A stretch of 64,000 nucleotides of DNA, taken from Hormoscilla sp. (GTDB lineage Bacteria > Cyanobacteriota > Cyanobacteriia > Cyanobacteriales > Desertifilaceae). The notes under the pieces are model-generated. The model was not told the origin of the DNA and ran no database searches. It worked only from the letters and a program-made list of their open reading frames with translations. The position numbers and the translations under genes were made by a program. Numbering within the stretch: the first letter of the stretch is position 1; every line of letters starts with the position of its first letter. Below, piece after piece: positions 48,018 to 58,864 of this stretch. Where the stretch lies: positions 16,151 through 80,150 of the forward strand of contig JBFRWI010000208.1 in assembly GCA_051439505.1 (NCBI GenBank). Direction: 5' to 3'.

Positions 48018-49994
48018 CTAAATATTGATACTCTGGGGAATCTTCGAGGGTAGGAGATAATCGTAAGCATAAGGAAGATAGGTTGCCTCCTCATTACGCT
48101 GCCCGATCGCCTTTTCTATGTCCCGAAGTTGTTCTTGGAAATCGCGCAATGATGCTTTCACCTGGTGGTTGTGAAAATGCAGGGCACCGTACTTCCCTAA
48201 TTGAGTATAATACACCGAACCAAGCAAATACCCCAAATTTAATTGCTGCCGTGCCTGGTCCAGTGGCGGTAACAAGTCGAGGTACTCTTGTTCGCTCGCT
48301 AGCCCAGCTACATCTGTAGCGGGAGCATAACCTGCCAATGGCATTGCTGGAGCATAGCCCATTATGCTGCTCTGAGGGAAATTGACAGCAGCATGTTGGG
48401 CGCTGGAGGTGAAGATAATCATAGTAGTCGCTTCGATGAGATAGTCGCGGGTTTGAATGCGGCCATTAGGCTCACCAAAATCGATTACCCGTCCGCCGTT
48501 AAAGCCTATTAACTCCGTCGCCCATGTCTGAAGTGCTGTATCTTGCTGCACCTGTCGGTCGGATCTGTAATAGATACTCAGGTAACTCGATACCCACTGA
48601 TGGATCGCATCCCAGATGAGCAGGGCATCGTCGCGGTAAGGATAGACTGGCAATAGGCTGCGATCGCTCACCCCCCGCCGTTCCAGTTCCTTGGGCAACA
48701 TTGCCTGGTTGAAAGGATATGTTTGCAAACCCTTGACCGCTAAAACCCGAGAGTTATCAATAGTCGCTGCTAGTAACTTGTTGACATCGCCTTCGGGTGC
48801 AATAAGAGAAGCTTGGGCGGCATTGTTAATTGCTAAAGTACCTTCAAAGTGAGGGCGCAGCAGCACACTGAGGGGGTGATCGTCGGGTAACTGTCGGTGG
48901 GTCGCGATGACGAAGGGTTCGATAAATAGGTGAGTGCGTGCCAGATGGCTAACGGCTTCGTGGAAGTTGCCATCGGCAACATTCACCACGTTTTTGGCGA
49001 ATAGCCAGGCGTTCGGGTCAGAATTCGGAGTCACGATCGGGTTGTCCGGTCCTGGCTGTTGCTGGCACTGGATGGCGACTGGTTTGAACATTCGGTTCTT
49101 GCCGTCACCTTTGGGCACTGCGAACATGGCCAGGGGTGCGTAAAGGTATTTCTGATATTTTGGATAAGTGCCGTTAATAGCGCCAGCGAGGACGGCATAG
49201 TCTGCTAGGTAGACCCGACCTTCCTGCCGGGCAACTTCCAGGGAGTCGCCGGACCCCATGACTTCCTGATATTGCTCTTCGCTGACCGGAATGCGATCGT
49301 CCGGTTCTGTCATCCGTTGAATGACTAAGGGGTTGGGTCCAGCAACTTGCATATAAGCGAAGGTTTCGTCTTCCTGAAAGTTGTTTGCGATCGCCGGTAA
49401 CTTTATGGTCACGAAGAGTTTGTTGTAGTCTTCGAGGTCAATGCTGGTTTGGTCGCTGCTTTTTTCTTGCAGATATTGGAAAGTCTTGCCGACAAACAAT
49501 TTGATAAAGTCTTCACCCTTTTCCGACTTCAGAGATTCTAAGAATTTTTCAACCTCTTCTATCTCCTTGGGAAAGTCTGGGAATTTATTCTTGCTCTCTT
49601 CTGGAAACTTTTCTGCAAGCAATTCTCCGAAAAAGCTTGCCAGTTCCTTTTTTATTTTGTCTTCAGAGCGATCGCTTTTCAGAGATGCCAAGAGATTTTG
49701 CAAATTTTCCCTTGCCTTCGGCGATCCTAGTAATTTATTGCTCTCTTCTGGTAAATGCTCTTCAAGAAATTTTCGGAATAGCTTTTCGACCTCGTTTTTC
49801 ATTTCTTCTTCGGCGCGATCGCCAAGGCCGGCGATCGCATTGACCAGGATTTTGAATAGCTCTTCTGCCACCAAAACCAGCCACCGAAAAGAGAATCCTT
49901 GTCCTTTCGGGACTTTCTCTACCATTGCGACCGGTTCGAGGTACGTGTAGTTGTATTGGTATTCTTCTTGGGCGGTTTTCAGATTCCCAGACAT
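48018..49994 (-). CDS. Lipoxygenase
   Basis: HEAVSHLARTHL, QHAAVNF, YPYRDD and C-terminal SINI iron-ligand pattern. ATG 49994 preferred. Confidence 0.95.
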   Translation of the reverse strand: MSGNLKTAQEEYQYNYTYLEPVAMVEKVPKGQGFSFRWLVLVAEELFKILVNAIAGLGDRAEEEMKNEVEKLFRKFLEEHLPEESNKLLGSPKARENLQNLLASLKSDRSEDKIKKELASFFGELLAEKFPEESKNKFPDFPKEIEEVEKFLESLKSEKGEDFIKLFVGKTFQYLQEKSSDQTSIDLEDYNKLFVTIKLPAIANNFQEDETFAYMQVAGPNPLVIQRMTEPDDRIPVSEEQYQEVMGSGDSLEVARQEGRVYLADYAVLAGAINGTYPKYQKYLYAPLAMFAVPKGDGKNRMFKPVAIQCQQQPGPDNPIVTPNSDPNAWLFAKNVVNVADGNFHEAVSHLARTHLFIEPFVIATHRQLPDDHPLSVLLRPHFEGTLAINNAAQASLIAPEGDVNKLLAATIDNSRVLAVKGLQTYPFNQAMLPKELERRGVSDRSLLPVYPYRDDALLIWDAIHQWVSSYLSIYYRSDRQVQQDTALQTWATELIGFNGGRVIDFGEPNGRIQTRDYLIEATTMIIFTSSAQHAAVNFPQSSIMGYAPAMPLAGYAPATDVAGLASEQEYLDLLPPLDQARQQLNLGYLLGSVYYTQLGKYGALHFHNHQVKASLRDFQEQLRDIEKAIGQRNEEATYLPYAYDYLLPSKIPQSINI

Positions 49995-50448
49995 GTTTTC
50001 TCCTCTCGATAGCTTGAACAGCCTAAATTTTGACTTAATTTTGCTCAATAGCTTGCTTTTTTCGGCAATGCACATATCAGCCCTTTCCTACAGACAACGG
50101 CTACCGGTGCGATCGGACTTTTCCCGAAACCCGTTGGGCCTGTACCGCCTGAGTTCATGGCGATTTTTAGTACCATACATCATTTTGACATTTTTTCCAG
50201 CCGGAAATGTTAAATCAATCTTAAATCGGATATTTCACATTCCGCAAGTTCGGTACAGCAATTTATAGCATTTCTCAGATTATGGCGATCTGCTGTTGGG
50301 GGAGATTGCTTCGGGGGGATTAACTCATAAAGCATAAGTTATCGCGCTTGTCCCCCCCCTCGCAATGACTTGCTACGCGATTCTGCTGTATTACATTAAT
50401 GCCGAGATTCGCTATAAGCACGAAAGGGATCGCCCGATCTCCCCATAA

Positions 50449-52044
50449 TTACCAAGCGAGGGCCATACCATCAGCACGAGGTTCAGAAGCTGCGATCAGC
50501 ACTCCAGAATGCTGGCAGATAATTTGACCGCGACCGAAAAGGGCTGTGTTATCCTGCTGCAACTGATGGCCCATCCCGAGGAGCGATCGCGCCACATCTC
50601 CAGGCACTGTCGATTCTAACAGCACTTTATTTTCCTCTATAAATCGCCAGCGAGGAGCATCCAAAGCAGCTTGGGGGTTGAGATCGTAATCAACCATATT
50701 AACCACAACTTGCAGATGTCCTTGAGGCTGCATAGAAGCACCCATAACGCCAAAAGGTCCAATAGCTTGACCATCTTGAGTCAGAAAACCCGGCATAATA
50801 GTATGGAAGGGGCGTTTAGCTGGGGCCAACTGATTGGGATGTCCCGAAGCGAGAGTGAAGCAACTGCCTCGGCTTTGCAGGGCGATACCAGTCCCTTCTG
50901 GGAGAATACCGCTGCCAAAACCCAGATAATTAGATTGGATGAAAGAGACCATTAATTCCCCATCCGCTGCGGCTAAATAGACAGTTCCGCCTTTCGGTAA
51001 TCCTGGTTGAGCAAGAGTTATAGCCCGTTCTCCAATTAATTGACGACGCTTGTCAGCATAGCCTTGGTCTAAAAGATATTCTACCGGCATTTCCAGAAAG
51101 CGGCGATCGCCGATATATCTGTAGAGGTCGGCAAAAGCAAGTTTCATCGCCTCAATCTGTAAATGATAACGAGTTGCTGACTCCCGGGGATAGCGGCATA
51201 ACTCAAAGCCCGAGAGAATATTCAAAGCCATCAGAGTGGCAATACCTTGAGTATTGGGGGGAATTTCCCAAACAGTTACGCCCCGATAGTCTGTGGATAT
51301 GGGCGTCACCCAATCAGCTTCATGGGAGGCTAAGTCAGCTAGAGTTAAAGTACCCCCAGTATCGGCGGCGAAGTTAGCGATCCGTTCGGCGAGTTTTCCC
51401 CTGTAGAAGCTTTCACCCCCAGTCGCGGCAATTTCCCTGAGAGTCTCAGCATGGGCCTGGGAACCCCAGATTTCTCCTGCTGCTGGGGCCCTATTCTGGG
51501 GAAAAAACACTTGCTGGAAAGGCCCAAATTCCTTACCCGTCAGGGAGAGATATTTTCCTTTCTCTCGCTTCCAGGCCAGTGAGGTGACTGGGGAAACCGG
51601 AAAACCTGCGGTTGCATATCTAATAGCGGGAGCAAACAATTGTTCAAAAGGTAGTTTCCCCCAGCGTTCCCACAGGGTGCGCCAAGCTGAGACAGCGCCA
51701 GGTGTAGTCACGGAAAGCCAGCTCGTTTCCGGTACGGTATCGTAACCCTGAAGCTGTTCTATACTGAGATTTTGAGGGCTTTTCCCGGAAGCATTCAGAC
51801 CCTGTAATTCCCCGTCCCAGACGAGGGCAAAGGCATCCGAACCAATAGCATTAGAAGTCGGTTCGACTACCGTGAGGGCGATCGCCATTGCCACAGCAGC
51901 ATCAACAGCATTCCCCCCTGCCCATAGCATTTCCATGCCAGCAAGGGTAGCCAAAGGTTGAGAAGTCGCTACGGCACCCCGCTGTCCCATCATTACTCTT
52001 CTTGCCCCCGGGTAGGGGTAGTCAGTCAGGTTCCCTTTGAGCAT
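50449..52044 (-). CDS. ggt: Gamma-glutamyltransferase family protein
   Basis: GGNAVDAA, GTVYL (nucleophile Thr), KRPFHTI and GVMGA.MQPQGH. Confidence 0.9.
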   Translation of the reverse strand: MLKGNLTDYPYPGARRVMMGQRGAVATSQPLATLAGMEMLWAGGNAVDAAVAMAIALTVVEPTSNAIGSDAFALVWDGELQGLNASGKSPQNLSIEQLQGYDTVPETSWLSVTTPGAVSAWRTLWERWGKLPFEQLFAPAIRYATAGFPVSPVTSLAWKREKGKYLSLTGKEFGPFQQVFFPQNRAPAAGEIWGSQAHAETLREIAATGGESFYRGKLAERIANFAADTGGTLTLADLASHEADWVTPISTDYRGVTVWEIPPNTQGIATLMALNILSGFELCRYPRESATRYHLQIEAMKLAFADLYRYIGDRRFLEMPVEYLLDQGYADKRRQLIGERAITLAQPGLPKGGTVYLAAADGELMVSFIQSNYLGFGSGILPEGTGIALQSRGSCFTLASGHPNQLAPAKRPFHTIMPGFLTQDGQAIGPFGVMGASMQPQGHLQVVVNMVDYDLNPQAALDAPRWRFIEENKVLLESTVPGDVARSLLGMGHQLQQDNTALFGRGQIICQHSGVLIAASEPRADGMALAW

Positions 52045-52291
52045 TTTCCCTCTCTTTCATGGGCGATAGTTGATGTTTCACTGTACCATACAAATAATGG
52101 TCGTGCTCGATCGACCAATCTGGTGGTGCTTCAACAGTTCCAGCAAAAGCCTTTAGTACATCCCAAGCATCCCCTGTACTCTCAGATTCAGTAGAGATCG
52201 TAATAACATAACGTTTGCCAAGTTGCATATCCAGTGGTTTATCTGGCCGTAGCACCTGACCATCAAATACAGCCGTAACTATTTGACTCAT
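52022..52291 (-). CDS. Orphan antitoxin, AF2212/DUF104-like
   Basis: AVFDGQVLRP..PL and DWSIEHDHYLYG. Confidence 0.7.
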   Translation of the reverse strand: MSQIVTAVFDGQVLRPDKPLDMQLGKRYVITISTESESTGDAWDVLKAFAGTVEAPPDWSIEHDHYLYGTVKHQLSPMKERENAQREPD

Positions 52292-52311
52292 CGCTTTACC
52301 TTTTCTCCATC

Positions 52312-52992
52312 TTAACCATTTTGCTTAATTATATCATAACAGTATGAAATCGAATTACGTTCTGCCATCGCCTCAACTAAAGCTTCATAAGCTGACCAAT
52401 TTTGTTTAATTAAAGTGCGGGCCTGTAAAGCAGCCGATCGCTCCTTCGTAGTACATTCTGCCAAATTTCGCCCTAACTGTTCCGTCCAAATGCTTCTTAC
52501 TTTTTGCAAGTCATCTGCTCCCCCTTCAGCATTACCATATACTAAAGTTTCCGCTACGCCCCCTGCCATCCACACAGCACAATAGCGATCGAACAGCTGG
52601 GCAGATAATTTCCCCTCCTCTAGTTGTGATGCCAATTCAGCATCAGAGAAAGAGACACCGCCCACCCCTGCTTGTCCTTGCTGAAAAGCTTCCCAGGGAC
52701 TGAGAGTATAGCCATTAATGGGAATTTCTAATAGGTAAGCAACTAGGAAATGTCCCGCCTCATGCCGCAGCACCCGATCGCGATGTTCTGGTGATAAATT
52801 AGCTAGTAAACCCAGTACCAGAGTGCCACCCTTCCCCTCAAACCTGAAGCTGTCCAAAGTCGCAATTCCCAATAGCAGAAAAACCGCGATCGCGGGCACT
52901 GCTGGCGGCAAATTAATCGCCGGTCCCAGCAGTACCGACATGGTCATCAGAAAAACAGAAATGGCAATTAAATTCAGGGCAGTTTTATTCAT
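52312..52992 (-). CDS. M41-like Zn metalloprotease without ATPase domain
   Basis: HEAGH motif, MAGGVAE and GGADD. Confidence 0.85.
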   Translation of the reverse strand: MNKTALNLIAISVFLMTMSVLLGPAINLPPAVPAIAVFLLLGIATLDSFRFEGKGGTLVLGLLANLSPEHRDRVLRHEAGHFLVAYLLEIPINGYTLSPWEAFQQGQAGVGGVSFSDAELASQLEEGKLSAQLFDRYCAVWMAGGVAETLVYGNAEGGADDLQKVRSIWTEQLGRNLAECTTKERSAALQARTLIKQNWSAYEALVEAMAERNSISYCYDIIKQNG

Positions 52993-53074
52993 TTGTTATT
53001 GCTAATGGTTCATTGCTAATTGCTAATTGCTCTTCAACTGACAACTGCCAACTAACAACTAACAACTGACAACA

Positions 53075-53911
53075 TTATTTTTCGCGAGCCTTGTAAAATG
53101 TTTCTAAGCTATGGAGATCGCCCGTAAACCGCCAATGCCAAGGTTCATAACTCACCCCTTGGGGATTATTGCGTGGGAAAGACAGCTCAAAGCTAAAATA
53201 AGCAGCATTAGCTTGCAGCCACTTAAAAGCAGATGTATTTTCAAAGTTAGGACTCAGGTGAGTTGCTGGGACATTACCATCTCCAATATCGATAGCATAA
53301 CCCGTGTGATGTTCGCTGTAGCCAGGAGGCGCACTCACTTCCGCTCGCTCAGTTGGCACCTGTCCCCGCTCTGCCTTAATCTGAAAAAATAAATACTCCT
53401 GGTCCGCGATCGAGCGAAAACCGGAAATTGGCACCAGACGAACGCCATCCATCCGCGCCGCATCTACCATCGCCAGAAACTCTGCTGCCGCAGCTTTCCG
53501 CAGCTTCAAGCTGCCATCTGCTACGATCTGGGCAAGTTCCGATCCTTTGGCTTCTTCATAGGGAAGATGTCCCAGCAAAGCATCCGCCTCTGTCTTTGGG
53601 GACGCATCCGCTGGACTGGTAGTTTTCCCAGGTGAGATCATTGCTGTGGTCGTAGGTGAGGCAGTCTCTTCCCTTGCTTCTGGAACAACTTCAACTAATT
53701 TTACCTGTGAAGCTTGCCAGGTAAACCAGGAAATCCCACCAACTGCGATCGCCGCCACTCCCACCAAGCTACCAATAATTACTATCGGCAAGGTCGAGGG
53801 ATATCGCCTGCCCTGGGGTTTTCTAGACGGAATAGCATCCCGTAACGCCTCGGGAATATCATCAACCGTTGCCATCTCTAGGGGTTCTTCATACAGACCA
53901 GCGTTCTTCAT
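53075..53911 (-). CDS. M15B D-Ala-D-Ala carboxypeptidase (VanY-like)
   Basis: SGFRS, SEHHTGYAID and EPWHWR. Confidence 0.92.
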   Translation of the reverse strand: MKNAGLYEEPLEMATVDDIPEALRDAIPSRKPQGRRYPSTLPIVIIGSLVGVAAIAVGGISWFTWQASQVKLVEVVPEAREETASPTTTAMISPGKTTSPADASPKTEADALLGHLPYEEAKGSELAQIVADGSLKLRKAAAAEFLAMVDAARMDGVRLVPISGFRSIADQEYLFFQIKAERGQVPTERAEVSAPPGYSEHHTGYAIDIGDGNVPATHLSPNFENTSAFKWLQANAAYFSFELSFPRNNPQGVSYEPWHWRFTGDLHSLETFYKAREK

Positions 53912-54132
53912 GGGTGGTGGTCACTCTCCATATCTCTTGTCAGTGGGTAGGGTGGGCATTGCCCACCATGTCAGTGGTCGGTGGTAAACGTTCCAACTCA
54001 CAATTCACAACTCACAACTCACAACTCACAATCTAGCGTGAGGTGTGGTCTTGCGCCTGTTGGTTGTTGTTGACCACACCTGCGGATGGTGGGCAGTGCC
54101 CACCCTACCAATGCAACTAACAACTAACAATT

Positions 54133-54357
54133 CTAGGGTGTTTTTTGCAGTTCGGGTCTTTCTTCTGGGACGATCGCCCCTAGTACCGGGCATACTTCTA
54201 TACAGATGCCACAGTCTATACATTTAGGGAAATCTATGAAGTACCAGTCAGTACCCTTAGCATTTTTGCCCGGACCTGGATGAATGCAAGCGACCGGACA
54301 AGCTGCGACACAATCTGCTACGCCTTCGCAGGTGTTAGTAACAATCGTGTGTGGCAC
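54133..54357 (-). CDS. Bacterial-type Fe-S dicluster ferredoxin
   Basis: CEGVADCVAACP and CIDCGICIEVCP. Confidence 0.93.
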   Translation of the reverse strand: MPHTIVTNTCEGVADCVAACPVACIHPGPGKNAKGTDWYFIDFPKCIDCGICIEVCPVLGAIVPEERPELQKTP

Positions 54358-54382
54358 TCAATTTCATCTCCTAATTTTAACT

Positions 54383-55603
54383 TCAACTCACCTGTTCTAT
54401 TTGGGTCGTCCCATCCTCTTGCACCCAGGCAATTTTGCTGATGCGGCGGTTTTGGGCTGCCTGCCGCATTAATTCCGGCGTCTTTTCCCTTTCCAGTTCC
54501 ACTTCTACGCAGACATTCTTTGTTTCTCTCAGTTGCTGGGCGTAGGCAAAAGCAGCTGCATAGGCTGGGGGCGTCACTGGCACCACTAACCAGTCACTAG
54601 CGGATATTTCCTGGGGTAACTGACCGCTTGATTGCAGAACGTGATGTAAATCTTCGATGTTGAGACTAAACCCTATACCTGGATAAGTTTCTCCTTGAGG
54701 GTGATATAAACCTAACAGCTGGTCATAGCGTCCCCCTTGTCCCAACACTCGCTCCCCTTGTTCGCCGACTACTTCAAATACGATGCCCGTGTAGTAGTTG
54801 AAGGTTTGAATTAAACTCAGGTCGAGGGTTACAGACAAATCTTGGTTTAGGAGGCGACTGTCTGCTAGTAGTTCCACCAGAGATTTAAGATTGTTGAGGG
54901 TCTCATGTTGGGCTAAATCTAAATCCAGAGTTCCCACCCGTTGCAGCACTTCCGCTGGACGTCCCCGCAAGTCGAATAGCAGTAACGCCCGATCGCGCAG
55001 TTCTGCCGATAGGGGCAATGTTTCCAAGCTAGTGCGATCGAGGTGCGCGATCGCCCATCGCACCTTTGCTTGTAATGGCATCGGGAATACCGAAAGCAGC
55101 GATCGAGTCAACCCGGCCTCTCCTAATATTAAATGCCACTTGCCCAGAGGCAGTTGATGCAAGCAATCACAGAGCAACAGCATTATTTCCGCATCTGCGG
55201 CCAAACCACCGGCACCCAGCAGTTCTACTCCCGCTTGGTAGAACTCTTGCTGCCGTCCGTGAATCCCTTGTTGCGAGAGACGGAACACATTCGCATTGTA
55301 GCAGAGGCGCTGAGGATAACTCTCACCACTCATGCGGGTCGCCACCGCCCGGGCTATTGACGCCGTCAACTCCGGGCGCAGTCCCAGTCCCGACTCCTCC
55401 TCTGCATTCTCTACTTGAATCACCGTTTCCCGATCGATCGCTCCACCTGCCATCAGGGTATCCAACCCTTCCAGAGTGGAAGTGATAATCTGATGATAGC
55501 CCCAGCGATGAAACACCTGCTCCAAGCTATCTTCCAGCCAGCGTTTCTGAGCCACATCCAGAGGCAGTAAATCTCTTGCACCTGGGGGAGATTGATAAAC
55601 CAT
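54383..55603 (-). CDS. hisZ: ATP phosphoribosyltransferase regulatory subunit
   Basis: PPGARDLLP, LRPELTASIAR, EFYQAGVEL and GGRYD. Confidence 0.93.
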   Translation of the reverse strand: MVYQSPPGARDLLPLDVAQKRWLEDSLEQVFHRWGYHQIITSTLEGLDTLMAGGAIDRETVIQVENAEEESGLGLRPELTASIARAVATRMSGESYPQRLCYNANVFRLSQQGIHGRQQEFYQAGVELLGAGGLAADAEIMLLLCDCLHQLPLGKWHLILGEAGLTRSLLSVFPMPLQAKVRWAIAHLDRTSLETLPLSAELRDRALLLFDLRGRPAEVLQRVGTLDLDLAQHETLNNLKSLVELLADSRLLNQDLSVTLDLSLIQTFNYYTGIVFEVVGEQGERVLGQGGRYDQLLGLYHPQGETYPGIGFSLNIEDLHHVLQSSGQLPQEISASDWLVVPVTPPAYAAAFAYAQQLRETKNVCVEVELEREKTPELMRQAAQNRRISKIAWVQEDGTTQIEQVS

Positions 55604-56559
55604 TATTTTTTCTTGCTACCGCCGCCGCCTATTTTAATCCCAAATATGGTGATGCCGCCACCATCCGAGCCTGATTTTTTCCCCGACTTCCCATCGGACT
55701 TTCCTGCTGCCTTTTTTTTCGCCATCAACTTCTCTAAATTTTTCTTTGCTGCCAATGCTTTTTCTTCTTTGGGATTCAATTCCAAAGCCTTATTTATATG
55801 TACCTTAGCCATCGTCGTTTGCTTCTGTTCCAAGTAAATCTGTCCCAATAGACTATGGCACTTGCTGTTAGTTGGTTCTAGCTTCAGCCCATCCCGCAAT
55901 TCGAGAATTGCTCCCGACAGATTTTCTTTTTCTACCAACTCTTCTGCACGCCGGTAATAGTCCTCCACTGGCGATTTTTTTTGCTGTTTTTTTTCTTCTG
56001 GCTGCTGCTTAGCTGTCTTGGCCGCCGGTGCTTGACTTGCCGGAGCTGCTGGTTTTGTGGAGTTTGCTGTTGCCCCGTTGCTCTGGGTACGCATCAGGTA
56101 GACTAAATTCAGTTCGCTAATTTCCCCAGTCAGTTCTTGCATGCGATCGAGAGATTCATACTGCTGCGAAGCCAACTGTTCCAGGGCCTTTTTATAAGTC
56201 GGTTCTAGATCGCTTGCCTGGGCTAGTTCCCGTGCTAAAGCGCTCTGCACCTGCTCGGTCATTTGTGCTTCCCCGATCGCCTGCTGCCCCTTCAGTCGCA
56301 GCATCACAGCATGTTCTGCCCGTTCCTTTTCCTGAGATAGTTTTTCGTATGCTGGATTGACTAGCTTCGATAATATATCATTTGCCAGTTTTTTTTCCGC
56401 TTCGCTGTTGATGGCGCTGCTGTCGGGATGCAGTTTTTTTGCTATCCTCATATATCGCTTGCGGATCTCCTTATTCTCCGCATGCACCGGCACTCCTAAA
56501 ATCGCGTGATAGTCAGTAAAATCTCTCTTAAACAGCCCTTTTTCTATTTGGAAAGACAT
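55603..56559 (-). CDS. J-domain/TPR protein
   Basis: DYHAILGV, HPD motif, C-terminal TPR helices. Confidence 0.9.
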   Translation of the reverse strand: MSFQIEKGLFKRDFTDYHAILGVPVHAENKEIRKRYMRIAKKLHPDSSAINSEAEKKLANDILSKLVNPAYEKLSQEKERAEHAVMLRLKGQQAIGEAQMTEQVQSALARELAQASDLEPTYKKALEQLASQQYESLDRMQELTGEISELNLVYLMRTQSNGATANSTKPAAPASQAPAAKTAKQQPEEKKQQKKSPVEDYYRRAEELVEKENLSGAILELRDGLKLEPTNSKCHSLLGQIYLEQKQTTMAKVHINKALELNPKEEKALAAKKNLEKLMAKKKAAGKSDGKSGKKSGSDGGGITIFGIKIGGGGSKKK

Positions 56560-56612
56560 ATGGTGCGGTCCCCCACTTCCAATTCGATCGATTATTCTAG
56601 TTTACTGCGTCC

Positions 56613-57440
56613 TTACTTGGGTTGGCCATAGCTTGACAATCGCGGCACTTGCAACAACTCTCTACTCATGCTAGCATGCAGCCGACCGTTGCTTGCCAGG
56701 ATCCGTCCGGACTCCAGATGCAAAGGGCTACCGTCGTATGCTGTTACCTTGCCCCCTGCCTCCTCGACGATGACGACACCGGCAGCTATGTCCCAGGGAG
56801 AAAGCGCCCGTTCCCACTGTCCATCCAGGCGTCCGCAGGCCACGTGAGCTAGATCTAGCGCTACCGAACCGGCACGCCGCACCCCCTGAGTCAGATGGGT
56901 GAAGTGACAAAACTCGGCATAGTTATTATCTGCTGTGGTGTGGCGGTCGTAGCCAAAGCCTGTTACCAGTAGACTCTTACTCAGTTCGGATGTTTGGGAA
57001 ACCCGGATGGGACTGCGGTTGCAAGTTGCGCCCTTGCCTCTGGCGGCCCGAAACAGTTCTTGATGGAAAGGGTCAAAAATTGCACCTACCTGGGGCTGCC
57101 CATCTATCAATAATGCTACTGATGTTGAGAAAAAGGGATATTGATGGGCGTAATTGGTGGTGCCATCCAGGGGGTCGATCGCCCAAAGATATTTGCTGGT
57201 GTCCTCTCCCAGCTTACCTGATTCTTCGGCCAGGATGGCGTGGTCGGGAAAATGACGCCGGATCACTTCCAGGATAACGGCTTCAGATGCTTTATCTGCT
57301 TCCGTCACCAAATCCCCCGGACGGCCCTTTTCTTCTATGGAAGCTAACTTCCCCAAGTATGCTTGGCATACTGCACCTCCTGCTAGGGCCGCTTCTGTGG
57401 CAATCTCTAGGAAAATTTGTAATTGGTCGTCATTCGTCAT
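56613..57440 (-). CDS. suhB: Inositol monophosphatase family protein
   Basis: DLVTEAD, IDPLDGTTNY and PWDIAAG. Confidence 0.85.
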   Translation of the reverse strand: MTNDDQLQIFLEIATEAALAGGAVCQAYLGKLASIEEKGRPGDLVTEADKASEAVILEVIRRHFPDHAILAEESGKLGEDTSKYLWAIDPLDGTTNYAHQYPFFSTSVALLIDGQPQVGAIFDPFHQELFRAARGKGATCNRSPIRVSQTSELSKSLLVTGFGYDRHTTADNNYAEFCHFTHLTQGVRRAGSVALDLAHVACGRLDGQWERALSPWDIAAGVVIVEEAGGKVTAYDGSPLHLESGRILASNGRLHASMSRELLQVPRLSSYGQPK

Positions 57441-57566
57441 TTTTTGTTAGTTGTTAGTTGTTAGTTGTTAGTTGTTAGTTGTGGGGAGCGAACTTTGACC
57501 ACTGACCACTGACCACTGACCACTGACATGGTGGGCATTGCCCACCCTACCCAGGCATTGCCCACC

Positions 57567-58109
57567 CTACCCACTGTAACTGCGATCTTGACGGCGAAAT
57601 TCTGTCGGAGTAACGCTCATCGGCTGTTCGGGATCCCAAATGCCAACTCCCATTATTCGGGCCCAGGTTTGGGCGTTGGCCAGGCGTTCGTCATACTTGG
57701 TGTTGGGCGATCGGGGTTTTGCCAGAGCATATCCTAGTTTTACCAGTTCCTCATTGATCAACTCCTCGGAAGCCCAAATATAGCCCATTTGCCGCTGATA
57801 GCGATCGCGTTTTTCCACATCCAACTCTAATAATACCGGTCGATCGCCGAGCAGTTCTGCCAGTTGCCGTCTGGCTTCTATCCCCCAAGGCTGTTGTCTC
57901 ATATCCGGTGCGGAGATGCCGATCAACCGTACTCGCCTGGGATCTGCTGTTGGATCCTCGACGATCACCACCTCGATCGTCTGTCCGCTAACCACTTGCT
58001 TGACCAGTACCATCTCTCCTTGAGGAGTTACCGATCCTTTACAGCTGACCAGCAACAGCAAGCAGCATAGCATCGGACCGATGATAGTTAATGGTAAATT
58101 AGTCTTCAT
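57567..58109 (-). CDS. Thermonuclease (SNase) family lipoprotein
   Basis: Lipobox-like LVSC, VRLIGISAP, DRYQR and GIW. Confidence 0.85.
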   Translation of the reverse strand: MKTNLPLTIIGPMLCCLLLLVSCKGSVTPQGEMVLVKQVVSGQTIEVVIVEDPTADPRRVRLIGISAPDMRQQPWGIEARRQLAELLGDRPVLLELDVEKRDRYQRQMGYIWASEELINEELVKLGYALAKPRSPNTKYDERLANAQTWARIMGVGIWDPEQPMSVTPTEFRRQDRSYSG

Positions 58110-58467
58110 CCAGTGGCAATCCGAATCTGACTTTTCCTTTCCCGAAATAGCGGCCAAACTGGAGTTCGTAGACTTCATCTTCGTCTTGAGTCTCTACCTC
58201 CAGGTCGGAACGGGGATAGCTGACGCATAGTAAAGCATAGCCTTTTTTCTTCAATTCTGGAGAAAGTCCCATTGCTTCTGGCTGATGCAGTTCACCTGAC
58301 TTTACCCGGACTGCACAGGTGGTACAGGCCCCATTCCGGCAGGAAAAGGGCAACTCTACTCCCTGGTTTTCGGCGCTATGGAGGATATAGCGGTCTTCTG
58401 GTACGGAGACTGTTTCTAGTTTTCCTTGCGCGCGATCGTGTATTTTGATTGTATGACTGGGAGGCAT
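58099..58467 (-). CDS. 2Fe-2S ferredoxin with C-terminal extension (Fed2/FdC2-like)
   Basis: CRNGACTTC...LLCV and EDEVYELQFGRYF tail. Confidence 0.93.
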   Translation of the reverse strand: MPPSHTIKIHDRAQGKLETVSVPEDRYILHSAENQGVELPFSCRNGACTTCAVRVKSGELHQPEAMGLSPELKKKGYALLCVSYPRSDLEVETQDEDEVYELQFGRYFGKGKVRFGLPLDED

Positions 58468-58864
58468 ATTATCCATCGCAATATTGCTCATCTGGGGCAT
58501 TTTATACCATAATCCTATCTGGCTGCACCAATCTGGATTTATCGATACCGGTGTAACCACCGATACATTGTACTATATTGTAGTGGCGATCGCCTGTCAA
58601 CTCCTCAGAGGCGATCGCCCGCAAGGAAGACTCGCGATCGGATGATATCCATTCTTTCTCCGATAAAATAACGAAAGTGAAAACAAGTCCTTTGAGAGAA
58701 TGTTGCTGATGCCGAAAATCACGACTCCCTTGATAGCAGATATCGCGATAGGAGTCCCAGTTATCGGCATTGTTTGTGGAAAAATAGGCCCGGATCTAGA
58801 GTGGAACGCGAAACTCAAGTTGGGTTGAGGCACGAAACCCAACCTACAGATTATCATTGGCGAT

